Assembly: GCF_000002075.1 (NCBI RefSeq) | Contig: NW_004797696.1 | Location: 235,668 to 299,667 of the forward strand | Reading direction: 5' to 3' | From: Aplysia californica | Lineage: Eukaryota | DNA length: 64,000 nt | In this document: in pieces, positions 1 through 11,900 of the stretch | How positions within the stretch are numbered: the stretch's first letter is position 1 | Layout: each line of letters begins with the position of its first letter | Notes under the pieces: generated by a model | Database searches by the model: none | Told to the model about the DNA's origin: nothing | The model's input: the letters and a program-made list of their open reading frames with translations, nothing else | Translations under genes and position numbers: made by a program

Positions 1-399
1 TCTCTCTCCCTCTCTCTCTCTGTCTGTCTCTCTCTCTGTCTCTCTCTCTATTTCTCTCTCTCTCTTTACCTACCTACCTACCTCCCTCTCAGCTGTCATC
101 TTTAAAAAATACAGCCATTGCAGTTTTTTAAATTTTACAAGAGAGCTAAAAAAAACTGAACGTTGCCAATAAAACATTTGCTTTAAAGATAATAAGGAAG
201 TCATTATCAAAATTGTGTTCTTAAAAATACTGGCTTTTGATGTTTGCAAACAGTTTGTTTTCTTGGTAACAATATTCAAGGGTTCTTTTAAGCTCATCTG
301 TAAAATTGTAAAAAGTGCATATACTATATTAAATTTCTAAAATGATGGCAGCTCTCTTTCCCTCTCTCCCTCATTCCCTCCCTGTTCATACACAGGTAT

Positions 400-800
400 G
401 AACATACGTACATTTATACCTACCTACTGATCGACCTACCTACTTACCTTCCGACCGACCAATCTCGATACATGTACGAGTGTGTTCCCTCCAGCAGCTC
501 TCTCTTGTCCCTCCCTGTACATACATACATACATACATACCTACGTACCGACCGGCCTACCTACCTACTGACCATTTTACCTACTAACCGATCGACCTAC
601 CGTCTTACTTACCTACCTACCTACCTACCTACCGACCTCGATATATGTGAGTGCGTTCCCTGCAGCTGCTCTCTTTCCCTCTCTCTTTCCTTCCCTCCCT
701 GTACATACTTACATACCTACGTATACCTACCTACTGACCAACTTACCTACTGACCGATCAACCTACTGTCCTACCTATCTACCAACCAACTGACCGACTC
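400..800. repeat. (TACC/GACC)n tetranucleotide compound repeat
   Basis: Repeated tacctacc/gaccgacc blocks with a longer higher-order unit. Confidence 0.9.
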
Positions 801-806
801 AGATAT

Positions 807-1165
807 GTGGGTGGTTGACAGGTGGTCTGGTGTGGTTTGCTCCTTCTTTCCTTTGGAACATCTATCGTCTTCATCTCCCTTCCTTAGTTTTTGTGTACGT
901 TATTCTCTTGTAACACCTCTAATCTTCTGCACTTATATGACCTTATTGTGTTGCAAGTGCCGTAAAACACTTACTAAAACCAAAACGACCCAGACATACA
1001 GGTGCTCAGGTGTGGTTTGCTTCTTCTTTCCTATCAAACATCTATCGTCCTTATCTCCCCTCCTTCTTGTTTATGTTTTGTTGCTCTCTTGTAACACCTC
1101 TAATCTTCTGGCGCTCATACGACCTTATGCAGTTGCGAGGGCCGTAAAACCTCTACTAAAACAAA
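807..1165 (+). mobile_element. Two tandem copies of a ~175-bp short retroposon (family A) with a Nimb/I-LINE-like 3' tail
   Basis: Consensus GGTGGTTGGCGGGTGCTCTGGTGTGGTTTGCTCCTTCTTTCCTATCAAACATCTATCGTCC...CATATGACCTTATGCAGTTGCGAGTGCCGTAAAAC + (TAAAAC)n. Other copies at about 15950, 16254, 17714(-), 26635(-), 33941(-), 34293(-), 37047, 43566, 48738, 55805(-), 56155. Confidence 0.85.
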
Positions 1166-1200
1166 GACATACATGTGAGTGTGCTCCCTCCCTCTGACAG

Positions 1201-1331
1201 ACAACAGTGGGCACTGACCGGGATGGGCGATGTCCTGGAGCAGGTGTCGGCAGTGTCCGAGCAGATGTTGCTGCACGGTCTCAACAAAGAGGAGCTGCTC
1301 CTCCTTCAAGCTACAGTATTAGTTAATGCAG
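1201..1331 (+). CDS. ER: Estrogen receptor (mollusc-type NR3A), penultimate coding exon, ligand-binding domain; the gene begins upstream of the window
   Basis: ctgacag acceptor ends at 1200 and G|gtggg donor follows 1331. Encodes (R)QQWALTGMGDVLEQVSAVSEQMLLHGLNKEELLLLQATVLVNA, matching the steroid-receptor LBD pattern (EE..LL.A..L.N). Phase fits the next exon (G|AG = Glu). Confidence 0.93.
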
Positions 1332-2447
1332 GTGGGTCTTTAAACTCTAATGTCGCTTGTTTTGTTGTTGCTTTTAAATTTTCTGTTGTTTCTTAAATTA
1401 GAATTTGTTTTTCTTTCTTTTTAAACTTTAGTTCATGGAGGTGGATGTTCAAACTGCTTTTTTTGGTTTGTTTTTTAAATGTTCTAAAATAATTAAATAA
1501 TGCAGTTGGATGTCAAATCTGTGCTATTTGGGTTTTTGTTTTCCCAGGAAAGGGGGGTTCTTTTTTCTTTTTTAAAAATAATCAATGCAGATGGATATTC
1601 AAATTGTGTTGGATTTTTTTTTTTTTTTTTTGGGGGGGGGGGGTGCATATTTTCTCTTGGCTTTTTTTCTTTCCTTTCTGAAGTTATTGGTTTTGTTTTT
1701 TAAAAATTAGATTCACTGTGCATTGAAACCAAATCCTTTGCTGTTAATGTGTCTGTGTATTTATTCCCCCCTGCCCCCAACACCATCACCACAACACACA
1801 CACACATGTGTAATCTAAATGTTAATACCGTCCCCTTCAAAAGCAGGTGCTTTACTCCCTTTGACCCTGATTTTTTACAGCTTGAGTGAAAAGAAAGTAA
1901 AAGTTCCTCATTCTTCTTGAGACATCAACGATGTTTTATGCATTTCTCTCTCTGAATATATTCATACGGTACAAAATTTGATATTGGCTGAGGGCGTTGA
2001 TATTCTAGAGCTAATTGAGACCCACATTTTAGCAATGTGGTTCTCATTTTGATGCTACAACTTAATATTCTTGTGAGGGTAGAAATGTATGGAGATCTCA
2101 GACAAAATTCAGTTTTGTCTTTTATGTAATTTAAGACATCCCTAGGAGACATGGAAATCTGTCTTTTCTTGAATGAGAATTCTCTAGTCTATGCAGCGAT
2201 GCCATACTTCTATTATAATGTTGAATTGTTTTGTCAATATACTCAATTTAAGTGTATTGATAGTGTCTCTTCTTGAATCTGTTCCTAGTTGTTGAAATGG
2301 CTACAGTGAGATATACCGGAGTGTTGAGCAGCCTAAATTAGATTTATAGACTTCACAGGGAAGTTTGTTGTTTTTTAAGAATCTTTTTACCTGCCCCCAA
2401 CTCTAAATGTAACAAAATGTGTGTTTTGTGTACGAACTCTTCTGCAG

Positions 2448-2929
2448 AGGTCCGTCCCTTGGACAGTTTCCTGAAAATCCAAGAGATGCGTCAGTTAATC
2501 CTGGATGTGTTCATGGAGGTGGCCGGTCGGCACCAGGGCTTCGGCAACTGGCGCCACGCGCCCTCCATCCTGCTCCTGCTGACTCACATCCGGCAGGCGG
2601 GCGAGCGGGGCATCACCTACTTCCAGAAACTCAAGATGGAGGGCTGCGTGACCTTCTGCGACCTCCTCACCGAGATGCTGGACGCGCACAATTCCTCGGG
2701 CGAGCGGCGGCGGCTGCAGCAGCAACAGCACCCCCAGCAACAGCAACAGCCGCCGGCCCACCACCACCACCACCACCACCAGCAGCCGCCACCGCCGCAA
2801 CAGCAGCAGCAGCAGCAACAGCCACCGCCCCCGCCACCACCGCCCCAGCACCAACAGCAACAGCACCCATCCCAGCACCAGAGCCACCACCCCCACCCGG
2901 GACACCCCCAGCAGACTCTGCCTGAATGA
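2448..2929 (+). CDS. ER: Estrogen receptor last coding exon: LBD helices 9-12 (AF-2) plus a polyQ/H/P C-terminal tail
   Basis: tctgcag acceptor ends at 2447. EVRPLDSFLKIQEMRQ...LLLLTHIRQAGERGITYFQKLKMEGCVTFCDLLTEMLDAH resembles mollusc ERs (human ERa: [41 protein letters not shown]). Stop TGA at 2927-2929 is followed by in-frame TGA TAG. Confidence 0.95.
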
Positions 2930-5900
2930 TGATAGCTGGCCTGCTAGATGACTTTATACATTACATAACTACTACATACGTACATACTTACAGCTTTGAG
3001 GAACGCAAGACTGGCTGGCTGGCTGGGAGCTCTGAACATACTCAAAATGTGGCTAAGCGAGAGAGAGAGGGGGGGGGGAAGGGAGCTGTTCTGACAGACA
3101 ACTGCAGATTCATCCTGATGAGGGAGTGCGAGAGCTGGGAATTTGCTGCTGAATTGTGTGAGTGATGCTGATAGTTCCAGTGCGCCCAGTGTGAATGCGT
3201 CTTGCAACCAAAGGAGTAAGCCGCACTGCTGCAGAAATCGTCACGCTTCTCGTGTGTGTGAGGGTTTTGGGTTTTGTTGGCTCTTAGAATTTTGGGAGTA
3301 CAAAGTTATAGTAAGCGCACACCCTCTCCCTCTTCCCCCCCCCTCCCCCAATGCATGTGCTTACCAAAAGGGCTTAGTGTAAAAGAATCATTAGTATATT
3401 GGGACATGCAGCCTATGTCTTCACTGTCACTGCTTAAGATACAGTGTTGAGCAGTTTAGCACTGTGCTATGTATTCAGCTGCTGCAAGTGGGCTGGCTCG
3501 CTCATGATGTAGTGCTGCCTCTTGTGCTGCACTCTCAGTGTCACTGAGTCTATAGTTTAGTGCTTGGCCCTGTGCCTAGTGTTCACCACCACTGTATTTC
3601 TAGCACGGTTGTGAAGTACTGTGTTATATGTCCAGTGTGGATGTGCTATTAACTAACATAGTGCTTAGTACTAGTCTATGCAGTGCCACTGGCCACCGTG
3701 CTAGGTTAGCCCATACGAGGACTTTATTGTCCCCTAGGCCTGTTCAGGCTTCCCGTAACGGTGAAGTAACCCCACCCCCATCCCCTCTCCACTTTCCCTC
3801 CTGACCATTGCCTTCCACGCATGACATGCGTGCCGTTTTCTGGCACAGCTCATTCATCAGTGTCACTGGCTTTCAGAATAATACCTTGTGGCTTTGTTGA
3901 TTGTATTTCTTACCCAAGTGGTGTGTGTGTGTCTAATAAGACCAGTGGTTCTTGTTGCCTTCAACTAGTGTTGTTGTTCCAGTCTCTGGACTTTCTCGGT
4001 GACATTACACTCTCCAGTGTATATATTTATGGTGAGATAGATATATTTAAACATGTATATGTATATATATATATCTCCAAAGTCAGAAATAGAAACTGTT
4101 CCATCTGGTGTGCCTGCCACTCAAGCTGCAATATATCCACGGCTGCCCCCCCCCTCCCCCTCCCGCACAGCCCCTCCCCCTTCCCCTGGACCGTCACCCG
4201 TGAGGCTGTGTAACAAGCGTGTGATTCACCCACCAGCCAGGAATCGGGAGAATGAACCTACAGTTTTCTGACCAGAAACAAGAACAATAACAACATCAAC
4301 AACAACAAGACAAACTACGTCAGCAGAGATTATGTTTTGTTTCAGAGACAACAATGGCTCCATGGAGTGCTGTCTGTCTCTCCCTCTCACAGCTGTAGCT
4401 TAGCCGAGCGGTTCTGAACATTTTTAACTATGTCCTATTTACCAATGTGAAAGAATTACACCGATTGGAGAGAGGTTTCCCCAACTGTGATCTATGTCTG
4501 CTTCCTCCTGGCCAGGAGCTAAAGATGTTATCTATAGAAACAGGAGGAGTTGCAGGCTGTCTATGGAGTGGCACTGTTTTCCAAGCCTACTACTACTACA
4601 TCTAATAATAATAATAATAATAATACTTCTTGTACTACTAAATCTGTTGTATTCTGTGAGGAAGCGCACTGGCATTTCATACTGGTGACCTTTTGTGTGT
4701 ACTACTCCGTGTTGCGCTTCTTTGTTGTACTGTTGTTTTTACATACATATTATAAATATTATATATAAATATATATACATACGTTATACTGTTGTTGCAA
4801 TTTTATTGATTTTTAGCAATTTTTACTTGGTCTATTTTTGCTATTGTATCATCAATAATTGTACATGTTTCTGAGCTTTGCTGTCATGATTGGAAACTGA
4901 ACGGAGAATTTACGAGGGGAGGGGGGTGCTAATGGTGCCTAGTATATTATGAAAACAACAGGTTGTAAGGGGTGTGGTGGGTGAAATTTACCCTGATTCT
5001 GTTTACATTTTGGTCAGTCAGTAGCCATTTGTGGGGGAAAGATGTTGCTGAAAAAAAGTGTCTTTTGGTAGGCAGGAAACTTAAGGGCAAAACTGTGTGC
5101 TGTATTATTCAGAATAATCTTTGTATTTATAGTGGATATTTAGAGAGGAATATATGGATAGATGTAGGTGACGTTTTGTTTGAATTTGATTATATTTTCT
5201 AACTTTCCTTACAACCCAGCCAGCACATTTCTGCAGCTTAATGTACAACTCTGCCATACGCCATTTAAAAAAGTGATGTCGTATGACAGAGTGTTACACT
5301 GAGCCGTCAGTGTGTACTTTGTCAGCATTCACATAAAGAGGGCCAGAGAACCTATGCAAATCTGCCTGCTTTTGTGTCATTTCATAGATGCTACTTAAAT
5401 CCAGTGCCTAAGGTGGGCTGGCAAAAATCTTTGTATAAGGTTACAACTTTGTGCTGTCCAAAGGAAGACCGGTTAAAAGTTGGGAGAGCGAGGTTGGACA
5501 GTCATAAGGGGCAATTTAAGAACTGCCTTTAGCACAACTTTTGAGGAATGCAAATGATTTTAAATTAGTACAGTTGCTACCTAAAGTGAATAATATTGGA
5601 AACTATTGCTATTTCACCAAGCATGGTCAAACCTGTCGTAAGTAAAAAATTTGGGATAATCTGGAATGGTACTAGTGGTTCCTTTTTTTTTTTTACTGTT
5701 TTGGAAATGTCTAGAAGTAGGCTAGACTTCTTGTTACATGAATGTTTAGGTTTGTGGAGAAGGAAGACTTCGAAACATTTAAGAAGAGAAAGCAGTTCCT
5801 TTGTGGCTACATTTTATGAGAATCTTAAATTTATTACTCTTTTGTGATAGATAGGATAGGTGCTGTCTACTCAGAAACCTGTTCTGCTCCGCTGTTGATT

Positions 5901-8900
5901 TGGATTAAGTCAACTTGACATTTCTAGTTTTAAAAGTTGAATTTTTTTTAAAATGTAATATACACATTTCTTCCATTTTGTTCCCAACATGCCAGCATTG
6001 AATCGGACACAATGAGATTCTGAATGACGGAAGTTCATCATTTTGTTGTGTGGTGTTTCAGTTTTTTGGGTTTTTTTAAATGTACAATACAAAGATGATG
6101 ACTGACTACATTGCTAAGGAGATTGTTGCCACAATTGTTAACTCAAACTGTTTGTTGCAAGCGTTACCAGTGGTTTCTATGATATCTTACCAGTGATTAT
6201 GTTTCAGCTTGTTGCATTGTTTTTTATGTTGTTTTCTCCTCCCTTTATTTCTATACTCATTCTAGCAGATGTTTTTATTAATTTTTTTTCCCCCTAATAT
6301 TTTTCATGTATGTGAACATGTACACAGGTTGGGACAGCACATATAATATTGACTTTGTCCGGTGACCTTCAGTAACATTTCCCTTCCTCCCTCTTCTCTC
6401 CCCCCCCTCAACCACTCGGTCCCCATGCTTTACTACATCAAGCCTCCCCACTGCCACACAATGAAGCAGCTCTTTTCCAAAATGCTAAAAGATCCAACAT
6501 TACCATCTTTTGTTAACCTTTTGTGTCCTCGGAAGATACATCACTGCTGGGACTAGGTTCTTGTCTATTCTAAACTGCATTATTTGAACATTATTGGATA
6601 TATTCTTTTAAGCACAAGATTTTCTCATTCGGAATTGTGTTCAGACTGGTACTGCCATAAACTTAGTTTAATCAAGTCCACCGTGCATTTTGGAGAATGA
6701 GAAAATGTATTCGGAAAGTGTGAATCACTCTGGAGTGAAAGTAGTTTGATTTTAAAGGAGTTCAGCCTTAAGTTGTTTTAATGTCTCAATGCTGCTTTTT
6801 GCATGAAAAAGGCAATGAGGGTCCCAATGCTCTTCAAGATTATTATAATCATGGAATCAGAAGTTGAGAATAGATGTAGTTGATTCAAAATTGGACCTGC
6901 TAGTGTTGAACTAATTCTTCAGACATGTCTCACCATTACTAATAATAGCTTGTCAGGTTGACCCTGAGTGAACGGTTCATATTTTGGAAGAGAGCTCTTC
7001 AGCAAGGGTGTCCCTGATAGGAGTGTTTGGTTCTGTCGACTTGTGCTTGCCCTGTGAAATCCTGGTCTTCCCGTTCTCCATCTGTAGAAGCTGCCTCTCT
7101 CACAGCGTTGGGCTTGGGTCTCTAGTCGTGCGATAATACTACACCACCACCACCCACCTTTCCCCACCCCAAACTCATTTTAGCTTATTGTATGCATCGT
7201 ATAGTGATAGCAGCTGTTGGTTGCTAGGCACTCCGGTGTGGTCTGCTTCATCTTTTTCACGTTACTGTTTCTATTATCATACTCTGTCCCAGCAGCATGT
7301 AGAGGCTATTGTGCCGACTCGTGTCTTGTGGACCGTTAAGAACCCAGTGATAGATAGCTGCTTCATGCCCTCTGGTTTCGTATCAGCTGTGTTACCAAAA
7401 GTCTTGCAACAATCAACATCCTTTAGAGTATCTATGTGTCATCTGTTCCCTTTTCCTAGCAAGTACAGGGTGATTGTTGTCAGTGAACGAGATTCGTAGG
7501 TTTTATCTCCTTGCACTCCTGTCGATGTGCACATATTTGACTGTTTAGTCATCTGAAGTTTACTGGAGGTGCAGGTGTGACCTGCTCTTCCAAGATAGGA
7601 AAACAATTTGAACCATTGTTTTATTTCGCTGTTAAAATCTGAACCTGGTAATTTTATGTTTTGTGGTGGAAGGGTATAACTAGTTCCTTAAGAAGTGATT
7701 TCTTTGGAGAGGTTGCGACCTGTTTAATTGACATTTTAAAGTCAAATCGTTCACTGAACTACTGTTTCATCATTATTCTTTATCTATTACTACAACAGTT
7801 TATTGTGTTTCTGCTTGACAGCATGTTTTAGCTTTCCTTCATGGCTGATCTAGCTACTCTGGTTTGAACTGAACTTTTGAAATCAAAATGAGTTTGTTCC
7901 TCTGTCTCATTCCCTATTTCCTTCTTTCAGTCCTTACCTATCCCACACCCACCCACAGATACCCCCCGTGAGCCTCTAACCTGCCAGTTAGTCCCATACC
8001 GGTGCCCCATCTCTGTTAGTTCCTCTCTACATCCTGCTTTGTCTTTATGGCTTGTGTAGCAGACAGTTTTATCCCTCTGGTGGGTGGTTTGAGGGTGCTG
8101 CTGGTTGGTACTTTTTTTTCTTCTCCTTTTCCCCTGTTGTTTCTGTCGGTCTATCTTGCTATTTTACAGCATCAGTGTCTGTCCAGTGTGGTTTGGATGT
8201 GCTTCTCTTTACTCCGAACTTATCCTTCGGTTAGGAACCAGTTATTCCGTGTGGCTAGTATTTCATCACCTCTTCATCACATGTCAGTTCGCGCAAGATT
8301 CTCTACATTATTTCGTTTTCATTTGTGAATTTTTTATCGCATCCATGGACTTGTTCCCCAGCACATTCCCATATTGTAATGCTACCAGATGTTGCTCGGC
8401 ACGTACACACAGCAGGGATGCGAGTTCATTGTGAATGTTTTTGTTTGTGTGTGTGCGTGGACAAGTTCTCATTTGATTGTCAACCGTTTGCTTTGCCTAT
8501 AACTGTTGTTTGTTTGTGGCGCTCATGCGACTAGTGTGTTGCTTTCAGGTTAGTTGAAACAGTTTGGTTTTAAGTTGTCTCACTGCTGCCTCTGGGTTAC
8601 TTGTTGTAGTTCCTCCTGTGTTTGCCTTGCTAGAGAAGACTGCATTTCTTTTACTTTTTAAAGTGTTTTCTGTAAATTGACAAGCTCTACATGTAGTTTT
8701 TCTGTGCTAAGTTGTGTAAGGTAGTCATTTGTTAAAGTCTCTTTTCAGTGGAAAGACGAGCAGATCAAGTAAATATATGAGGCATTGGGGTTTTATGAAA
8801 TGGAAATATTTATGGGTTTGTTCTGAGAGCCCCATCGTGGGTAAACTCTTCAAAGATTATATCTGACAAGTAGAAAATGTTGTCACGTGAATGTTTCTTT

Positions 8901-11900
8901 TTTCAGATGCGGGGGGCGAGATGAGATTGCAATGGTTTTGATCATTTTTAGCTGAAAATGTTATAATTTTGAGGAGGGTGGGAGTGTATTTGGCAGGTTA
9001 AAGCATATTTTTATTGGTATATCACCACCTAAGGGACAAAAATGAATCCTTTAGATTGATATTCAATATTGCTGTGGTACCACAAGACTCCAGAGGTTTT
9101 TGTGGGTTTTTAAAAAATATTAAACAAAATGCCTTGAATGCATACTTAGCTTTGTAATGTAGCATGTCATTTGTTCTTGAAGAAAGTATACCATGCACTT
9201 GTTGAATAACATGTGTTTGAGTCCATTGTACTTTAAAACCGTAGAGTTTCTTTACAGGTGCATTTTTTTGTTATATTTAAACAGCTGTTATAGATTTCAA
9301 TATGATCAATTGACAATGAAACTTGTTTTTAAACTCAATTTTAGAATTCAGACTGAGGAAAATTTTGTTTTCTTGCATTCCTGAGCTGTAGCCTGTTGAT
9401 CTAGCTGTAATGTTTGTAGAGACTCAGTCTCTAATAGCAACACTGTTTTCATGGTTTGACTTAATGTTAGGCCTTTTTCATGTAGATTTGTGTAGTCTTG
9501 TTGAACATTGAATTAGTTTTGTCCCCTAACATGTTGAAAGCCTTTTTGTTACAATCAACTGAATCTTACACAAAAGGTATCCGGTTCTACGCTGAAGTAT
9601 TTTATTTCATGCCTGGTTGATAGTTTGGGTTTTATTTTGTTATAACACAACTGCTCAGATTTGTTTTCTATGGGCATACTTTTGTTAATGTACTATGGCT
9701 GGTCTGTTGATGCTTATGTTCCTGTTTAGTATTGTAGAAATGTTAGTGTTAACTATATATTCATATTATATATATCTATATCTATATCTATGTATTGTCT
9801 GATATGCAGCTTGCTTTACCAAGAGTCCTGTGTTGTCCGCATTCAATGTTTCAATCTAGACGTGATACCCTCCACACCAAGCCCACCCCTCACCAACATA
9901 CCAGTGGGAAGATGGGGCTTGTAGTTTGATCAAGATCAACGGAAGTATCTGTTCACCTGTCACTAGAGATGTTCCAGGCCAGGCTTAAGTGAGACAGTCG
10001 GATGAGTTTGTTGAGATGAAAAAGAAATTTGTTGGAGTATAGCCTGTGGTATCAATGTAAAATGTGGGAGCCCAGTTTACATAAAGGCAAAATTTTGCAT
10101 TTCATTTTTATAGTTGTGTTCATTTTTAACGACCCGTAATACAAACAAGTAGTCATATTTGATCTTATAGAGTGGTAAAATATGACAAGGGATAGTTGGA
10201 GACATTTCGATATTGGGCTCGATCTCCATTTGAAGGTTTCTTGTGTGTAGGAAGGTTGTTGCTCATGCAGGTTAAGTAAAAGACCCGGACTGCTTTTTAA
10301 TACTGAATCGCTGTCTTTTATGATTGTTTGGGCCAAGTCTGACACAGACTGTAAAATTGTACTATGGATTGACAGTCATGCTTAGGAAAGTGTTACCAGG
10401 TAGCTGTTACTGCATCAGATGGCCTGTGTCTCTCACACTGTTCTAGTCATTACACGGACTAAGTTCTCCCTTGGTTTTGTGGGGGATGTTAGAGTACCAT
10501 ATATATCAAATCACTTATAATACCATGCTGGAAAAGGCCCTGGTATTTGGTTGCTAGAATTCTTATCCAGACTTTCATAGCATCTAGTACAAAGTTTAAT
10601 AAGAGAATTCACTGGGATAAATTGTCATAATGTAGCAGTATTCATCCTTGTCACGAGCTAAGTCTCTCACGTCTCTGCAATTCATCTCATCATAAACTCG
10701 GAATATTTGCTATACACGTATCAAAATAGTCTCTAAGGCTCTGGTTGAAATTTCCTCAAAAATTCCCTGGAGGGATCAGTAAAATGGACATCAGTTGTTG
10801 GATCACTACAAGAGTAGCAGAAACTCCAGTAGCGTATTGTTTACCCTCGCCATTCTACTCCCTGCCAGCCGACAAAGGCTCCTGTCAGCTTCACCACAAC
10901 ACCTGCACCAGTACGCTATATGTCTGTCTCGCACGCCTCCTGCCACATGCTCAACACAAAGCAATGTCTTCATTCTGCAAGAGAACCTTATGCAAAAAAA
11001 AAATTGTTCCATTGACTGAGTGAATGAAGCTGCATTCACGTTATATTTTATCAGTTTCCTTTCATTTTTGCCGGTGCACACATGCAAAACTTGTCCACAG
11101 CTGTAGTGAAGGTCAGGCCTCGTCTCGTCTTCTCATTGACTTCCCGTTGTTTGTTGGTAGGGTACGTACATGTCAGTCTGTGGCCGTACGTTCAGGGTCT
11201 GTTTCTCGCTGCTTGTTAGCCCGGTCACCAGTTATGTTTGAAATGAAATGTTGTTAAATACTTAACTTTTTGAGTAGGCGGTAGGTGCACGCAGGCACAC
11301 GAGTCAGATGTATTGCTTTTGCTACAATCTCCCTCTGACAGAATCATGTAGTTAACAAACTCAGTTTTCTTATTTCGACTCAAGGCTGCTTGTCACTGCT
11401 CCTCCAGTCCCTGTTTACGATGTCCCTGAGCAAAAACACACCCCTCCTCCCCCTTCCCCCATCATACCTATAACAAATATATGTCTCTAATGTTGTTGTG
11501 AGTTCTCGATGACAAATGGCAAGACCCAGCAGGGAATTTTTCTTCCTTCTTCCATTTGAGCTCCCCTTTTTTTTTCCTCTTGTGCAGGGAATTGGGATTC
11601 AAAGTACTGTTGACAATGGCTTCTTCTGCCATCATTTGGCTACTACGTCTACAACTACCACTTTTAGTGCAGAACTATGTGTGTGCTGCTGGTGTGTGTG
11701 TGTGTGTGTGTTGTGTAGGTGGCAAAACTGGGGGAGCTGTGTGCTGCGGATAGCCCTGCTGTGCTGTGAGGCCTAGCAGTCTAGGAGTCAAGCTCAAGAC
11801 TCGTATTTGACAATGGAGAGAAAAAAAGAATTATAATAATTCTTCACACCCCCGCCCCCACACTCCCCAAAAAAATATTTTTTCAAAGCATAAATCATTG

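Noticed and set aside
2419-2925. Overlapping 168-aa Ala/Pro-rich ORF and antisense ORFs over the ER last exon
   Set aside because: Shadow frames of GC-rich coding sequence and CAG/CAC/CCG repeats; no independent homology or splice support
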